From assembly GCF_023195915.1 (NCBI RefSeq), contig NZ_JALPRP010000001.1:1928797-1952796 (forward strand): a stretch of 24,000 nt of DNA, read 5' to 3'. The number at the start of each line of letters is the position of its first letter. Positions within the stretch are counted from its first letter, which is position 1. This stretch comes from Methanoculleus sp. 7T (GTDB lineage Archaea > Halobacteriota > Methanomicrobia > Methanomicrobiales > Methanoculleaceae). The notes under the pieces are model-generated. The model saw only the letters and a program-made list of their open reading frames with translations, was not told where the DNA came from and searched no databases. Positions 1 through 8,739 of the stretch are shown in pieces. Made by a program: the position numbers and the translations under genes.

Positions 1-3000
1 CACATGACGCTGAAGGAGTGTAACGTTGTCTATATCAATCCAGGGACTACTGGCATTTCCTGAAATAATTCTCTCGGGATGGTGGAAGTACCAACCGTCG
101 TGAGGACCATTATGGGCATAGGTGGCAATAGTTGATATTGATGTTCCTCGTCTTCCAGCGCGTCCTGCTCTTTGCTGATAGTTCTCCCTCATGGGGGGGA
201 CGTTCCTAAGGCTGATAGCAGTCAAAGAACCGATATCAATGCCAACTTCCATCGTTGTTGTACAACTCAATACATCAATAGGAAGTTCGTCATCTAACAG
301 TAGATTCTGGAACCGCATCTCGTAACTTTCTGTTGTGGACCAAATATCATCTCGCTGATCTTTGTAAGATAGTTGTGCTGTGTGTTCTTCGGTATTAATG
401 GTACGGATCGATTTGCCCGATCCCTCTGTAATTGCACCAAGGACTGGATCTCTCCAGAATTTGTATCGTTCAAGATCTCCATCATTCATCTCGTAGACAT
501 CAACCGAACCGCAATGTGCACATTTCTCGAACAGAGTATACGGGAAAATGCCTGAACAAGTTCTACAACGATGCCACTTGTGTTCATCTTCGGTTTTTAA
601 TGTAATTTTATCTAATATAAGGTAATATCTGCTCTCTTCCTCTCCGCTTCCGCGACTAAGGAATGTTTCGGAAAGTATGGATGCAATCCAGTTAATCTGT
701 TCCTGAGTATACCTTTCTATCAGGATTTTTTTAAATTTTGGTGGTAGTTTCTGCAGGTCTTTCTCTTGTATACCAAATCTAGTAAACTTACGGAGGGCAA
801 TATTGAACCGTATTTGATCCGAGATCTGGTTTCCAATAGCAAATGAGTTCGTACAGTGATAGTGAGCCCATGCCGCGAAAAGGGCAATGAATTCCTCTTC
901 GGACATCTTGATGCCATGTTCGTAAAACGAGTCAAGACAGTCTCGAATGTCGTCCTTTTCGCAAGGTTCCATCCAACCCAGTCCAAGATCGGTCAATGAC
1001 CTAAAAGGCGAGCAAAGGTTCTTTAGGAGTTGTTCTGAAAAAAGTCCTGGCTTATTCTTGAAATCACGTGTAATTCTATCATACTTGAGTGGTTTGTTCC
1101 GTTTTCCTGCTTTTTCAATGATGACCTTGATGGTTTCTAGATCTTCATTAAAGCGTTCCTTATCCCCCCCATAAAACAGGCGCAAATGATTGTAGTACGC
1201 TATCTCTAAGAATGCGGGATAAAGCATATCAAGTGTGGCACTCTCCCCTGTTTCCTCAGCCCATTGCTGTAAACGGGCAGCCGCTAGAACTAAAACCGCC
1301 CTTGCAGCCTGATCATCTGCTGTCCTTGTCATATCTTTAGCGAGTACTGCGGCCCTTTGTCTACTGTCAGAAAAGATGAGGACTTTTCTCCCAGCATTTG
1401 GTTGTCGCTTAAGTTTTTCCTCATCAAAGAGTATAGGAGGTTGGACAGATAATTGTGAAGAAACAATGTTGTAAAATGGTTCATTTCCCTTTGTAGAAAA
1501 GTCAGAAAACGAGTAACTACTTAACTGTTTTTCACATTTGGGACAATAGTAAAATGTTAATTGCTCTGGTTTCCCTTTTACTGGTTTAAGAGAATAACAG
1601 ACCTGTAAGAATCCACTCTCCCCAGCATGAATGTTGTCGAAATGGATGAACCCGGTCTTTGCATCTAGCCACCCCAAGCGGATATTTTTTTTATTTATGG
1701 GATGGTTCTTTGGATTCTGTGGGATGATATATAGATGCACTTCCTTTAACTCTTTTCCAAATATTTCCCCTGGTGTTTGCCATAAATATTTTTTATCCTC
1801 GAAATTTTCCGCATTAAGCAAGTATCCTTTAAGAAACAGGGCTCCGCATCTTCTATCATTGATTAACTCATAGATTCTCGCACCACAATGGGGACAGATG
1901 TCTTGTTCACTATCTGAGTAAATTTTACCAAGAGCGACTCCATCTCCAGTGTGTTTTTGGGGGCAATTGGGATTTGTACAGGTGTACAGTCCCTGCAGAC
2001 CACGGAAAAACATGTGCAGTCTAGCATGAAAAAGAACCTGTCTGTCTTTTTTGGCAAGTGGTAAAAGCGATAGAAGAACTTGTGTTGCAGCGAATGCGGT
2101 TTCAAAATCATCGTTTGGAAAAGCGATTACTGCGAGTTTTGTAATTTCGGTAGCGTTTCCTGCGGTTTGATTCATTATCCGCTGTACAGGTCCATATTTT
2201 GGCAATGTTTCAAATAGCCATTCTTTCAGTTCTTCAATCGTAGTATATGGGGGTCTGACCCCGTCAAGTTCTTGGAAGAACCCCTGTATTGCCAGGACTT
2301 TTTTCGCATCATCAAGTTGAAAGTCAGCCAGAGGCAGAGCACTTATCTGTTTCGCTGAGAACTCTATAGGATTCTGGGAATTAATCTTTCTGTTTGCTCC
2401 GGCAATTATCGAGAATGTATCTTTCTCACCTGAGGTAAGCTTCCTTAGAAATTCTTTTAGCTTGCTATTTGTTTCCTCACTGTCAATAGGAATACTGGCA
2501 CTGGTGAGGATGAACCGTACCTTATCACGTGTTATTCCTAATTTGTACATCAACCGGCGAATAAGGAGAGCAACCTCTCCCCCGGCGGACCCACGGTACA
2601 TGTGCGCTTCATCAATGACTATTAGGAGTTTGTTTTCTGGCGATTCGTTTAACCAATTCTTGGTGTTTGACCAGAATGGCTGCTCAATCTGTCGAATCAA
2701 CATGTATTGGAGCATTGAATAGTTGGTGACCAGAATGTCAGGACAATGATCTTGCATTTCTTTGCGGGTGATCAATTCCGCATCATGTGTATTTGGTTGA
2801 TGGACCCCTTTTTTTAGATTTGTAGTATAGGATTCTAGGTTCCATTTTGAAGGATACTTCCCAAGCGATTTGAGTTCCTCAATAAATCCTGGGCTACGGT
2901 TGATTAGGTCACGTTCCAGTGTTTTTGCCAGTTTTATATTCTTATCTTTTACAGGCTCACCCGGGTACGGCGTTCTACCTGTATACATCCCAAATTGGGG

Positions 3001-3576
3001 AATCCGTATGCTTGCATCGCAGGCATATTCTTTAAAAAGTTTATGGTATTCTCCACTGTAATCTCCAATCAGTTTCCGCAGACGACCAATCTGATCTGCG
3101 ACCAATGCATTCATGGGGTAGAGTAACAACGCTCTGACACCCCGTTTACTCCAAGTATCTGGACGTGTTTTTGCCTCAACCGCAAGGTTTGCAACAAGAG
3201 GCCACATGAAGCACTCAGTCTTTCCAGAACCCGTGCCTGTAGTCACTAAAATATCCTTTCCTTGATAAAAATCCTCAAGCGCTTTAATCTGGTGGCTATA
3301 GGGGTCTTTGAAAACCCCTAACTTCCTTTCACACATTTGGTGGAGGAATTGTTTGATATTTTCTGGGATGTTTGCATCAGCTAATCCATTGTTTAAGGCT
3401 AAGTACGTTTGGTTTGACTCGATGCAGGGATTTTTGTAAATGGAGTTATCTTCATCCAAGATCTCTTTCGATGCGTTCAAAAGAAGATCATTCTCGCCAA
3501 AGTATTGCGCCTGAATGTAGTCCTTTAGTTTTCCGACAAGCTCGCTGTGTATATGCTGAACACTGTATTCAGACAT
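1..3576 (-). CDS. Large SF2 DEAH-box helicase with Cys4 zinc-ribbon insertions; partial, C-terminus lies beyond the window edge
   Basis: My own translation of the minus strand from ATG 3576..3574 stays open for 1192 codons to nt 1. The ORF is not in the supplied track because it runs off the edge. Helicase motifs occur in order in one frame: motif I/Walker A TTGTGSGKTE (nt ~3217-3243), Ia LYPMNALVADQ, II VIDEAHMYRG (DEAH nt ~2602-2613), III LTSAS, IV-like KVLIFSDSRQRA (nt ~1357-1383), V SCTTTMEVGIDIG, VI QRAGRAGRRG (nt ~145-177). Cys4 clusters are CTNPNC...CPHCG (nt ~1879-1980) and CRTCS...CAHCG (nt ~505-567). An SD-like GGTGGTG sits just upstream of the ATG. The ATG overlaps the upstream gene's stop (ATGTCTGA). 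Confidence 0.85.
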   Translation of the reverse strand, partial: MSEYSVQHIHSELVGKLKDYIQAQYFGENDLLLNASKEILDEDNSIYKNPCIESNQTYLALNNGLADANIPENIKQFLHQMCERKLGVFKDPYSHQIKALEDFYQGKDILVTTGTGSGKTECFMWPLVANLAVEAKTRPDTWSKRGVRALLLYPMNALVADQIGRLRKLIGDYSGEYHKLFKEYACDASIRIPQFGMYTGRTPYPGEPVKDKNIKLAKTLERDLINRSPGFIEELKSLGKYPSKWNLESYTTNLKKGVHQPNTHDAELITRKEMQDHCPDILVTNYSMLQYMLIRQIEQPFWSNTKNWLNESPENKLLIVIDEAHMYRGSAGGEVALLIRRLMYKLGITRDKVRFILTSASIPIDSEETNSKLKEFLRKLTSGEKDTFSIIAGANRKINSQNPIEFSAKQISALPLADFQLDDAKKVLAIQGFFQELDGVRPPYTTIEELKEWLFETLPKYGPVQRIMNQTAGNATEITKLAVIAFPNDDFETAFAATQVLLSLLPLAKKDRQVLFHARLHMFFRGLQGLYTCTNPNCPQKHTGDGVALGKIYSDSEQDICPHCGARIYELINDRRCGALFLKGYLLNAENFEDKKYLWQTPGEIFGKELKEVHLYIIPQNPKNHPINKKNIRLGWLDAKTGFIHFDNIHAGESGFLQVCYSLKPVKGKPEQLTFYYCPKCEKQLSSYSFSDFSTKGNEPFYNIVSSQLSVQPPILFDEEKLKRQPNAGRKVLIFSDSRQRAAVLAKDMTRTADDQAARAVLVLAAARLQQWAEETGESATLDMLYPAFLEIAYYNHLRLFYGGDKERFNEDLETIKVIIEKAGKRNKPLKYDRITRDFKNKPGLFSEQLLKNLCSPFRSLTDLGLGWMEPCEKDDIRDCLDSFYEHGIKMSEEEFIALFAAWAHYHCTNSFAIGNQISDQIRFNIALRKFTRFGIQEKDLQKLPPKFKKILIERYTQEQINWIASILSETFLSRGSGEEESRYYLILDKITLKTEDEHKWHRCRTCSGIFPYTLFEKCAHCGSVDVYEMNDGDLERYKFWRDPVLGAITEGSGKSIRTINTEEHTAQLSYKDQRDDIWSTTESYEMRFQNLLLDDELPIDVLSCTTTMEVGIDIGSLTAISLRNVPPMRENYQQRAGRAGRRGTSISTIATYAHNGPHDGWYFHHPERIISGNASSPWIDIDNVTLLQRHV

Positions 3577-4609
3577 CTTGCACCACCTGAATGTTCAGAT
3601 TCTTTAGTATATTTGTAATAATTGGAAGGAATACTGGCAACGTAATGAATTCTGTTCTGTCCAAAATATTTCGAATGGGCCAAGCTACCATATAAAACAG
3701 CATTTCCTCTCTCCCTGGGAGGGCAGAGTGTAGTTTGATTTTGATGGCATCCCTGTAAGTTGTTATTATGGCTCGTTCTGGATTATGATTCAGATATCGA
3801 AAGCCATACATGAACCTACGGACCTCTTGCAACTTTACAATGTGATCTGGAAATGCATGAGTATATGTCATTCCATTTTCCTGTTTAGCAAATCCGTAAT
3901 CATCACGGTTATTTCGATACACTGTTGCTTTCCATGGGTGGCAAAGCGATTTGTCCCATGACTCGGAGAAAACTCGCCTTGAAAGCGGGTCAAAATACCT
4001 TCGAGCGTCGGATATCGTAGTGTTTGGTGTATATTCACTTCTAGCAAACTTGCTATATTTGAGAACAATTGTTTTTGCATCAGTTTGTGGTATCAAAAAG
4101 AGTTCTTCGATCGGATAGGTATCAGATTCTGAAATCCCGTCGACGTACCACCCCAGACCATATGTCTTTCCCTCTCTTCCAAATGATGTCCCACGCAGTA
4201 GATATAAGTTATTGGTAATTTTCGCGTATTTGTCGGGCGGCAACTGAATGGTGTTATCTGGCCCCGAAACTAGAAATCCAGAGAACTCCAACCTCTCTTG
4301 AATTATTTTGGCTGGTTGGATACCCTGTTTCTCCGGAGGGTAAAACCATCTCCTTACGTTCGGGTAGAGATCTAAATAGGTTGAAAGAATAATATTGCAT
4401 TTTCTGGTCACATGGTGTCTTGTGTACGGTGCATATCTTGGATCCTGAGAATCACTTTCAATCTCAAGGTTTCTATCCAATACTGCTGTTTTGGTCCACT
4501 CTGATATGGCAGAGTAGAGTATTCGAGCAATGTACGCATTTTCATCTTCACAAAAAAAACGGGTTATCCCCAGCCCCTGTGCTATGATTTCGTGGGGATC
4601 CGGTCCCAT
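3569..4609 (-). CDS. Hypothetical protein, third gene of the low-GC cassette; no motif I recognise
   Basis: Long ORF in the supplied track (3569..4627, 352 aa), but the track start at 4627 is TTG. The first ATG is at 4609, preceded by GGAGG (4625..4621) at SD distance and lying 5 nt after the upstream stop. That gives about 346 aa beginning MGPDPHEIIAQGLG. Composition and coupling match its neighbours. Confidence 0.75.
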   Translation of the reverse strand: MGPDPHEIIAQGLGITRFFCEDENAYIARILYSAISEWTKTAVLDRNLEIESDSQDPRYAPYTRHHVTRKCNIILSTYLDLYPNVRRWFYPPEKQGIQPAKIIQERLEFSGFLVSGPDNTIQLPPDKYAKITNNLYLLRGTSFGREGKTYGLGWYVDGISESDTYPIEELFLIPQTDAKTIVLKYSKFARSEYTPNTTISDARRYFDPLSRRVFSESWDKSLCHPWKATVYRNNRDDYGFAKQENGMTYTHAFPDHIVKLQEVRRFMYGFRYLNHNPERAIITTYRDAIKIKLHSALPGREEMLFYMVAWPIRNILDRTEFITLPVFLPIITNILKNLNIQVVQDV

Positions 4610-4613
4610 AAAG

Positions 4614-7109
4614 TTATTCTCCTCCAAGAAGTTTGTCTACGATCTTTTTGAGATCGTCTCTGTCAAGATATTCCAACCCTTGATTCAACTCATCTATAGT
4701 TCCAAGTAATTTGCAGTAGGTTGCAAGTTCGAGAAGTATTATAGTCTCCACATTTTTCCCATCATTTGTTGCAACCGTGGATACTATCGCAGTTCTGGTT
4801 AGATTGTATCCATTTGTTGCATTTACCGCCCGTGATAACTTAAAGATCTTCTGATAAATACTCTTAATATTCCCTTGTTTTTCAACGGGTGCAACGATGG
4901 TACAATATCCAGGGTTCAAGTCTTCAGTTTCAACGGAGGTGATTACATCATCGGAGTTCATGAAAGCCACATATCCAAGCAAACTTGGTGGGAGTATTCG
5001 CATAGTTTCTGCGAAATCGAGTGAATACAGGATGTATTTTTCTGGGTTTTTGTCGGCCATATCCTTTGCAAGGTGCGCATAGCAGTATTCATCGATGGAT
5101 CCGATGACGTTTTGAAGAAGAACTACGTTTCCAGAGGCAGTTTTTACAGTATTTATCAGTGAAGAATAGTCGGTGTAACCTGTAGGAACAGAGATTATTT
5201 CGGGTGTTTGTGAGCAGAGTGTAACTGAGATGGCCTTGGCCATGAGACTTACATTACACCCTGCAAGAAGTAGTGGAGTTCTCGTCAGATATGCCCCTGC
5301 AATAAATTCAGCAAGAATTTCAGCATATTCTTGGTCAACTCCTATGTTCTGCAGGTTTTCCTTTAGATCATAAATTAAATCCTTGAGATCTGTAATCTCG
5401 AGAGGATCTGCTCCATAGTCTTCTGCTGGTCGTATCAATAGACCTGAATTTGATACTGATGCAATACTTGCCTTTTCAGACTCCCTAGTTGGCATCAACC
5501 CTTTGAATAGTGCCAGATCACCGAGGACTCTCCCTGGGTTATGTTGTATATCCTTGAATCTCTGCTCACAATAGGACTTTAATTGGTCATTGATTGCTTC
5601 TAAAGTTCGCTTATCCCTCTCAAGTTGTGCTAACTCTTCCCGAATGCGTTGCCGATCTGCGATGTCTTTCTCCAGTTGCTCTCTGGACGCCTTCAATATC
5701 GCTATATCATTCTGGAGCCTATTAGATTCCTCACGTAGTGATTGAAGTTCGTTCAGGATTATATTTTGTTGTTCGAGGCGGAACTGCTCGCTCTCTTTAG
5801 CAATAGCCTGTAATCGTTCCTTTTTGAATACGGCAATTTCCTCAACAGCGATATTTTTTTGTTCTTTCTCAAACGCCTTGAGTTCCTGCTGGATACGTTT
5901 CTCATGGTCCTGTCTTATCCGCTCGCTCTCAGATTCAACAGTTTTTTTGAGCGATTTCAATGCATCAGTCTCAGCTGTTCTCTCTGCCGCTATTGCAAGA
6001 ATTTCACCCTTAATATCCTCGATACGATCTTCTAGATCAGCAATTTCTGCTTCTAAAGATTCTTTTTGCTCAAACAAGCCCTGATTGGCTATGTGACGTA
6101 TCTTATTAATGTATTCTTCATTGATCTTTGGTATGTGGTCAATAACACCTCTTACAAATCCTTCAACCTTATCGTCGGTATCGAGATATGAATTTATTAT
6201 TTCTATTTGTGAATCTAACCATTGCTTATTCTCTGGAGACAACGCTAATGCCGGTTGTCCCTTTGGACTTGATAGTGCTTCGATCAGGATATTTTTCATC
6301 AGTCTTTTTTCGTCCTCGGAGTAGCTTAGGCGAGTGGCAATTCGGTCAAAATACTTCGCGAGAACGGCTGAATCTGTGTGAAGTTCCAGAGTGTCTAATT
6401 TATCCTGTGGTGCAATTCTCATTTTTTGGTAGATGAGTCGTCGAGTCAGGTTTGTGTGATTCTCAGACAATAAGGTTTTATATTGCGGATCAAAGGAGTC
6501 AATAACATCTTCCTTCTTGATTTTACATCGAACCAGTGGCTTTTTATCAGTTACAAAAAGCAACTGGTCGTCACGCAGACAGGATGCTGCTTTCGTTATC
6601 TCGATACAGAAATAGAACTCTTCATCGTAATCATAAACCACAAGAAGGTTTTCTGAAAAAGTGTCTGGTACAACAATGCCTTTTTCCAATATGTGCACGA
6701 GCTCATCATCTGAGCCTATCGCAAATCTCAAGTTGCCTGGGGATTCGGAAGAGAGTTTAGAGTTCTCCAAGAAGATCAATTCGTAATAATTGTATTTGCA
6801 GTGAGGAGGTTTAGGGAGACTTAAAAAGGGGATTACGTTATACTCATCTGGAGTAGCACTTTCTTTCCATGTCCAGATACCTATGGTGTCATGCTCAAAG
6901 TGGATGGAGTTATTCTCCTTCCTAACTGGCAGGAGCATGGGTCCCCCATCTGGCTTTGTGTAGATTATGCCTACGGTGTTTACTCTACTTTTTGTCCAGT
7001 CTGTCGTGGAAATATCTGCGATCCTTAAGATTTTGATCTCTTGCTCGCTAAACCTCACTGGAATTCCTATGCAACATCGCAAGTTGGGGAATTTTTTTGG
7101 GCTTATCAT
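4614..7109 (-). CDS. 831-aa protein with a central coiled-coil of about 170 aa; second gene of the cassette; function unknown
   Basis: Uninterrupted 831-aa ORF. Its ATG overlaps the upstream stop (TAATG at 7107..7111), with AGGAG upstream. Residues ~345-516 (nt ~5560-6075) are E/K/Q/L/R/I-rich and heptad-like (EAEIADLEDRIEDIKGEILAI...LQNDIAILKASREQLEKDIADRQRIREELAQLERDKRTLEAINDQLK). The C-terminal part contains a strand-loop-helix resembling a P-loop but lacking GK[ST] (TPLLLAGCNVSLMAKAISV). Confidence 0.85.
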   Translation of the reverse strand: MISPKKFPNLRCCIGIPVRFSEQEIKILRIADISTTDWTKSRVNTVGIIYTKPDGGPMLLPVRKENNSIHFEHDTIGIWTWKESATPDEYNVIPFLSLPKPPHCKYNYYELIFLENSKLSSESPGNLRFAIGSDDELVHILEKGIVVPDTFSENLLVVYDYDEEFYFCIEITKAASCLRDDQLLFVTDKKPLVRCKIKKEDVIDSFDPQYKTLLSENHTNLTRRLIYQKMRIAPQDKLDTLELHTDSAVLAKYFDRIATRLSYSEDEKRLMKNILIEALSSPKGQPALALSPENKQWLDSQIEIINSYLDTDDKVEGFVRGVIDHIPKINEEYINKIRHIANQGLFEQKESLEAEIADLEDRIEDIKGEILAIAAERTAETDALKSLKKTVESESERIRQDHEKRIQQELKAFEKEQKNIAVEEIAVFKKERLQAIAKESEQFRLEQQNIILNELQSLREESNRLQNDIAILKASREQLEKDIADRQRIREELAQLERDKRTLEAINDQLKSYCEQRFKDIQHNPGRVLGDLALFKGLMPTRESEKASIASVSNSGLLIRPAEDYGADPLEITDLKDLIYDLKENLQNIGVDQEYAEILAEFIAGAYLTRTPLLLAGCNVSLMAKAISVTLCSQTPEIISVPTGYTDYSSLINTVKTASGNVVLLQNVIGSIDEYCYAHLAKDMADKNPEKYILYSLDFAETMRILPPSLLGYVAFMNSDDVITSVETEDLNPGYCTIVAPVEKQGNIKSIYQKIFKLSRAVNATNGYNLTRTAIVSTVATNDGKNVETIILLELATYCKLLGTIDELNQGLEYLDRDDLKKIVDKLLGGE

Positions 7110-8722
7110 TACTTTCTAGTCTCCTGATTTAATTCAGATATGAGATGATAGTATGCTCGCCTTGATATTTTTCTGGATATTATCGCTTTTCTGAGATATT
7201 CATCCCTTTTAGGGCAATTTCCGAGATGATTCCGAATATATTTCACTTTCACGGGGGTTGATATAAACATATCTCCTCCCAAAGCGAGTTTCTGATACAT
7301 CATGTCATCGCATTTTATTGAGTCTCTCATTATGGTCCGAATGCGTTTTGGAACACTCACCTGGTAAGTTACATCCATTCCATGGCGTACGCATATCTTG
7401 TCTCCGTCGGAGAGGTTTAAAAATGCATGAATAGTTTGTTCATTCCAGTAAACGCTTTTCAGTTGTTCTTCTGAGTGATGATAAATATTACATTTGCTGT
7501 CTGAGTTAAAAGACAGGGTTATCCTGTCCTTGAGGAGAAAGGAGTCGCCGTTTTCAAGTGGTTTACTATCACACTCCAGTAATATTTCAGGAGGTTTGTA
7601 ATGTGATATCTCATCAGAACACCCGCACATGAGGTGAACCTTACATCCTCCGTTGGAGGTAATATCTGTAGAGTCCTTGATTGAGAGGTCTAGTAACCAT
7701 CCCGTGTTAATCCGAATCTTTGGAATGGGTTTTCTGGACTGCCTTTTTGTTTGCTGATAATAACTAAATCTATCTGCTTTTTGCGCTAGGCTGAGGATGT
7801 GCGTTGGTCTGCTGTACAACTGTCTGTTCCCATGTTGCACATGAGGAGGCCAGAGTGGAATTAATGGAGGGTGCCACTCGATAAGTTTGACCCTGAGATT
7901 ATTTGCAAACTCCTGAGCGTTTTCTGTGACCTTGATAAATTGTATTCGATAGATCCGCCACTCAGATTCATATCCGAAGGATTTCCCCTCCAGTGTTCCT
8001 AATGGTTCATATTCGAGAAAATCTTCAGTGTGATCTGGTATTTTAGAGGCTGTCGCCAGATAATAATACTTATCTGTCGTTATCTCTGCGTTTTCTGAGA
8101 TACCACGAGCATAAGTATTACTGCTGTATCTAAACAATGCCCCTTCTTCTGGGAGTCCCGCTTGATATTCCCTCCAGCTTTTAATAATACCCTGATTAAC
8201 CGAACATTCACTGTATTTAAGGGAGTAATAATCGCATATCCACTTCAATTGAATATATGTGCTCTCCCCCGCGACTACTTGACTCATAAGGAGTCTATTT
8301 TCTTTGAGCTCTGCATTATTTGGATTGATAATTTGTACTATGAGGTTTTCGTTTCTAGCAGATGCAACGATCTTTTCTTCTAATGGGGAAAAGCCAAGAA
8401 AGAGTCCAAAGGTCTCTCCCCCCTTTAAAATGTAGATATTTTTTGAACGTTGGCCTGACTTGCGCTCCTCCTGCTGTCTCTGATACATGGCCGCATATCT
8501 ATTATCCGAATAATGGTTGGGGCAATCTTGGGTTTTGGGATTATTTGGAAGGTGTCTAAAGTAGGTTCTCTCATCCCCATTTACTAGCCTAACCGGTTCT
8601 CTGCACTCTGGGCAAATAAAATTGGCACTTTTGAAAAAATGAAAGTAAGGGTCATTTGCAAGGGCTCTTGCATAAACCAACTCTTTACATCCGGAAGATC
8701 TCTTCCTGATTGCGTAATCCAC
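7109..8722 (-). CDS. 537-aa protein with an N-terminal CoiA-like zinc finger; first long gene of the cassette; function unknown
   Basis: Uninterrupted ORF with a GTG start at 8722, preceded by AAGAGGGG (SD-like). Residues 35-71 read FICPECREPVRLVNGDERTYFRHLPNNPKTQDCPNHY. This fits the CxxC-(x13)-[YH]F.H-...-C pattern I associate with the N-terminus of CoiA-like competence/nuclease family proteins. The rest has no motif I recognise. Confidence 0.85.
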   Translation of the reverse strand: MDYAIRKRSSGCKELVYARALANDPYFHFFKSANFICPECREPVRLVNGDERTYFRHLPNNPKTQDCPNHYSDNRYAAMYQRQQEERKSGQRSKNIYILKGGETFGLFLGFSPLEEKIVASARNENLIVQIINPNNAELKENRLLMSQVVAGESTYIQLKWICDYYSLKYSECSVNQGIIKSWREYQAGLPEEGALFRYSSNTYARGISENAEITTDKYYYLATASKIPDHTEDFLEYEPLGTLEGKSFGYESEWRIYRIQFIKVTENAQEFANNLRVKLIEWHPPLIPLWPPHVQHGNRQLYSRPTHILSLAQKADRFSYYQQTKRQSRKPIPKIRINTGWLLDLSIKDSTDITSNGGCKVHLMCGCSDEISHYKPPEILLECDSKPLENGDSFLLKDRITLSFNSDSKCNIYHHSEEQLKSVYWNEQTIHAFLNLSDGDKICVRHGMDVTYQVSVPKRIRTIMRDSIKCDDMMYQKLALGGDMFISTPVKVKYIRNHLGNCPKRDEYLRKAIISRKISRRAYYHLISELNQETRK

Positions 8723-8739
8723 TGAAACCCCTCTTTAAA

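Noticed and set aside
294-3590. Short ORFs from the supplied track inside nt 294-3590 (e.g. 294..485-, 720..986-, 1863..2111-, 2462..2722+, 3372..3590+)
   Set aside because: All are out of frame with or antisense to the continuous 1192-codon helicase frame, which carries ordered helicase motifs I-VI. None has a motif of its own.
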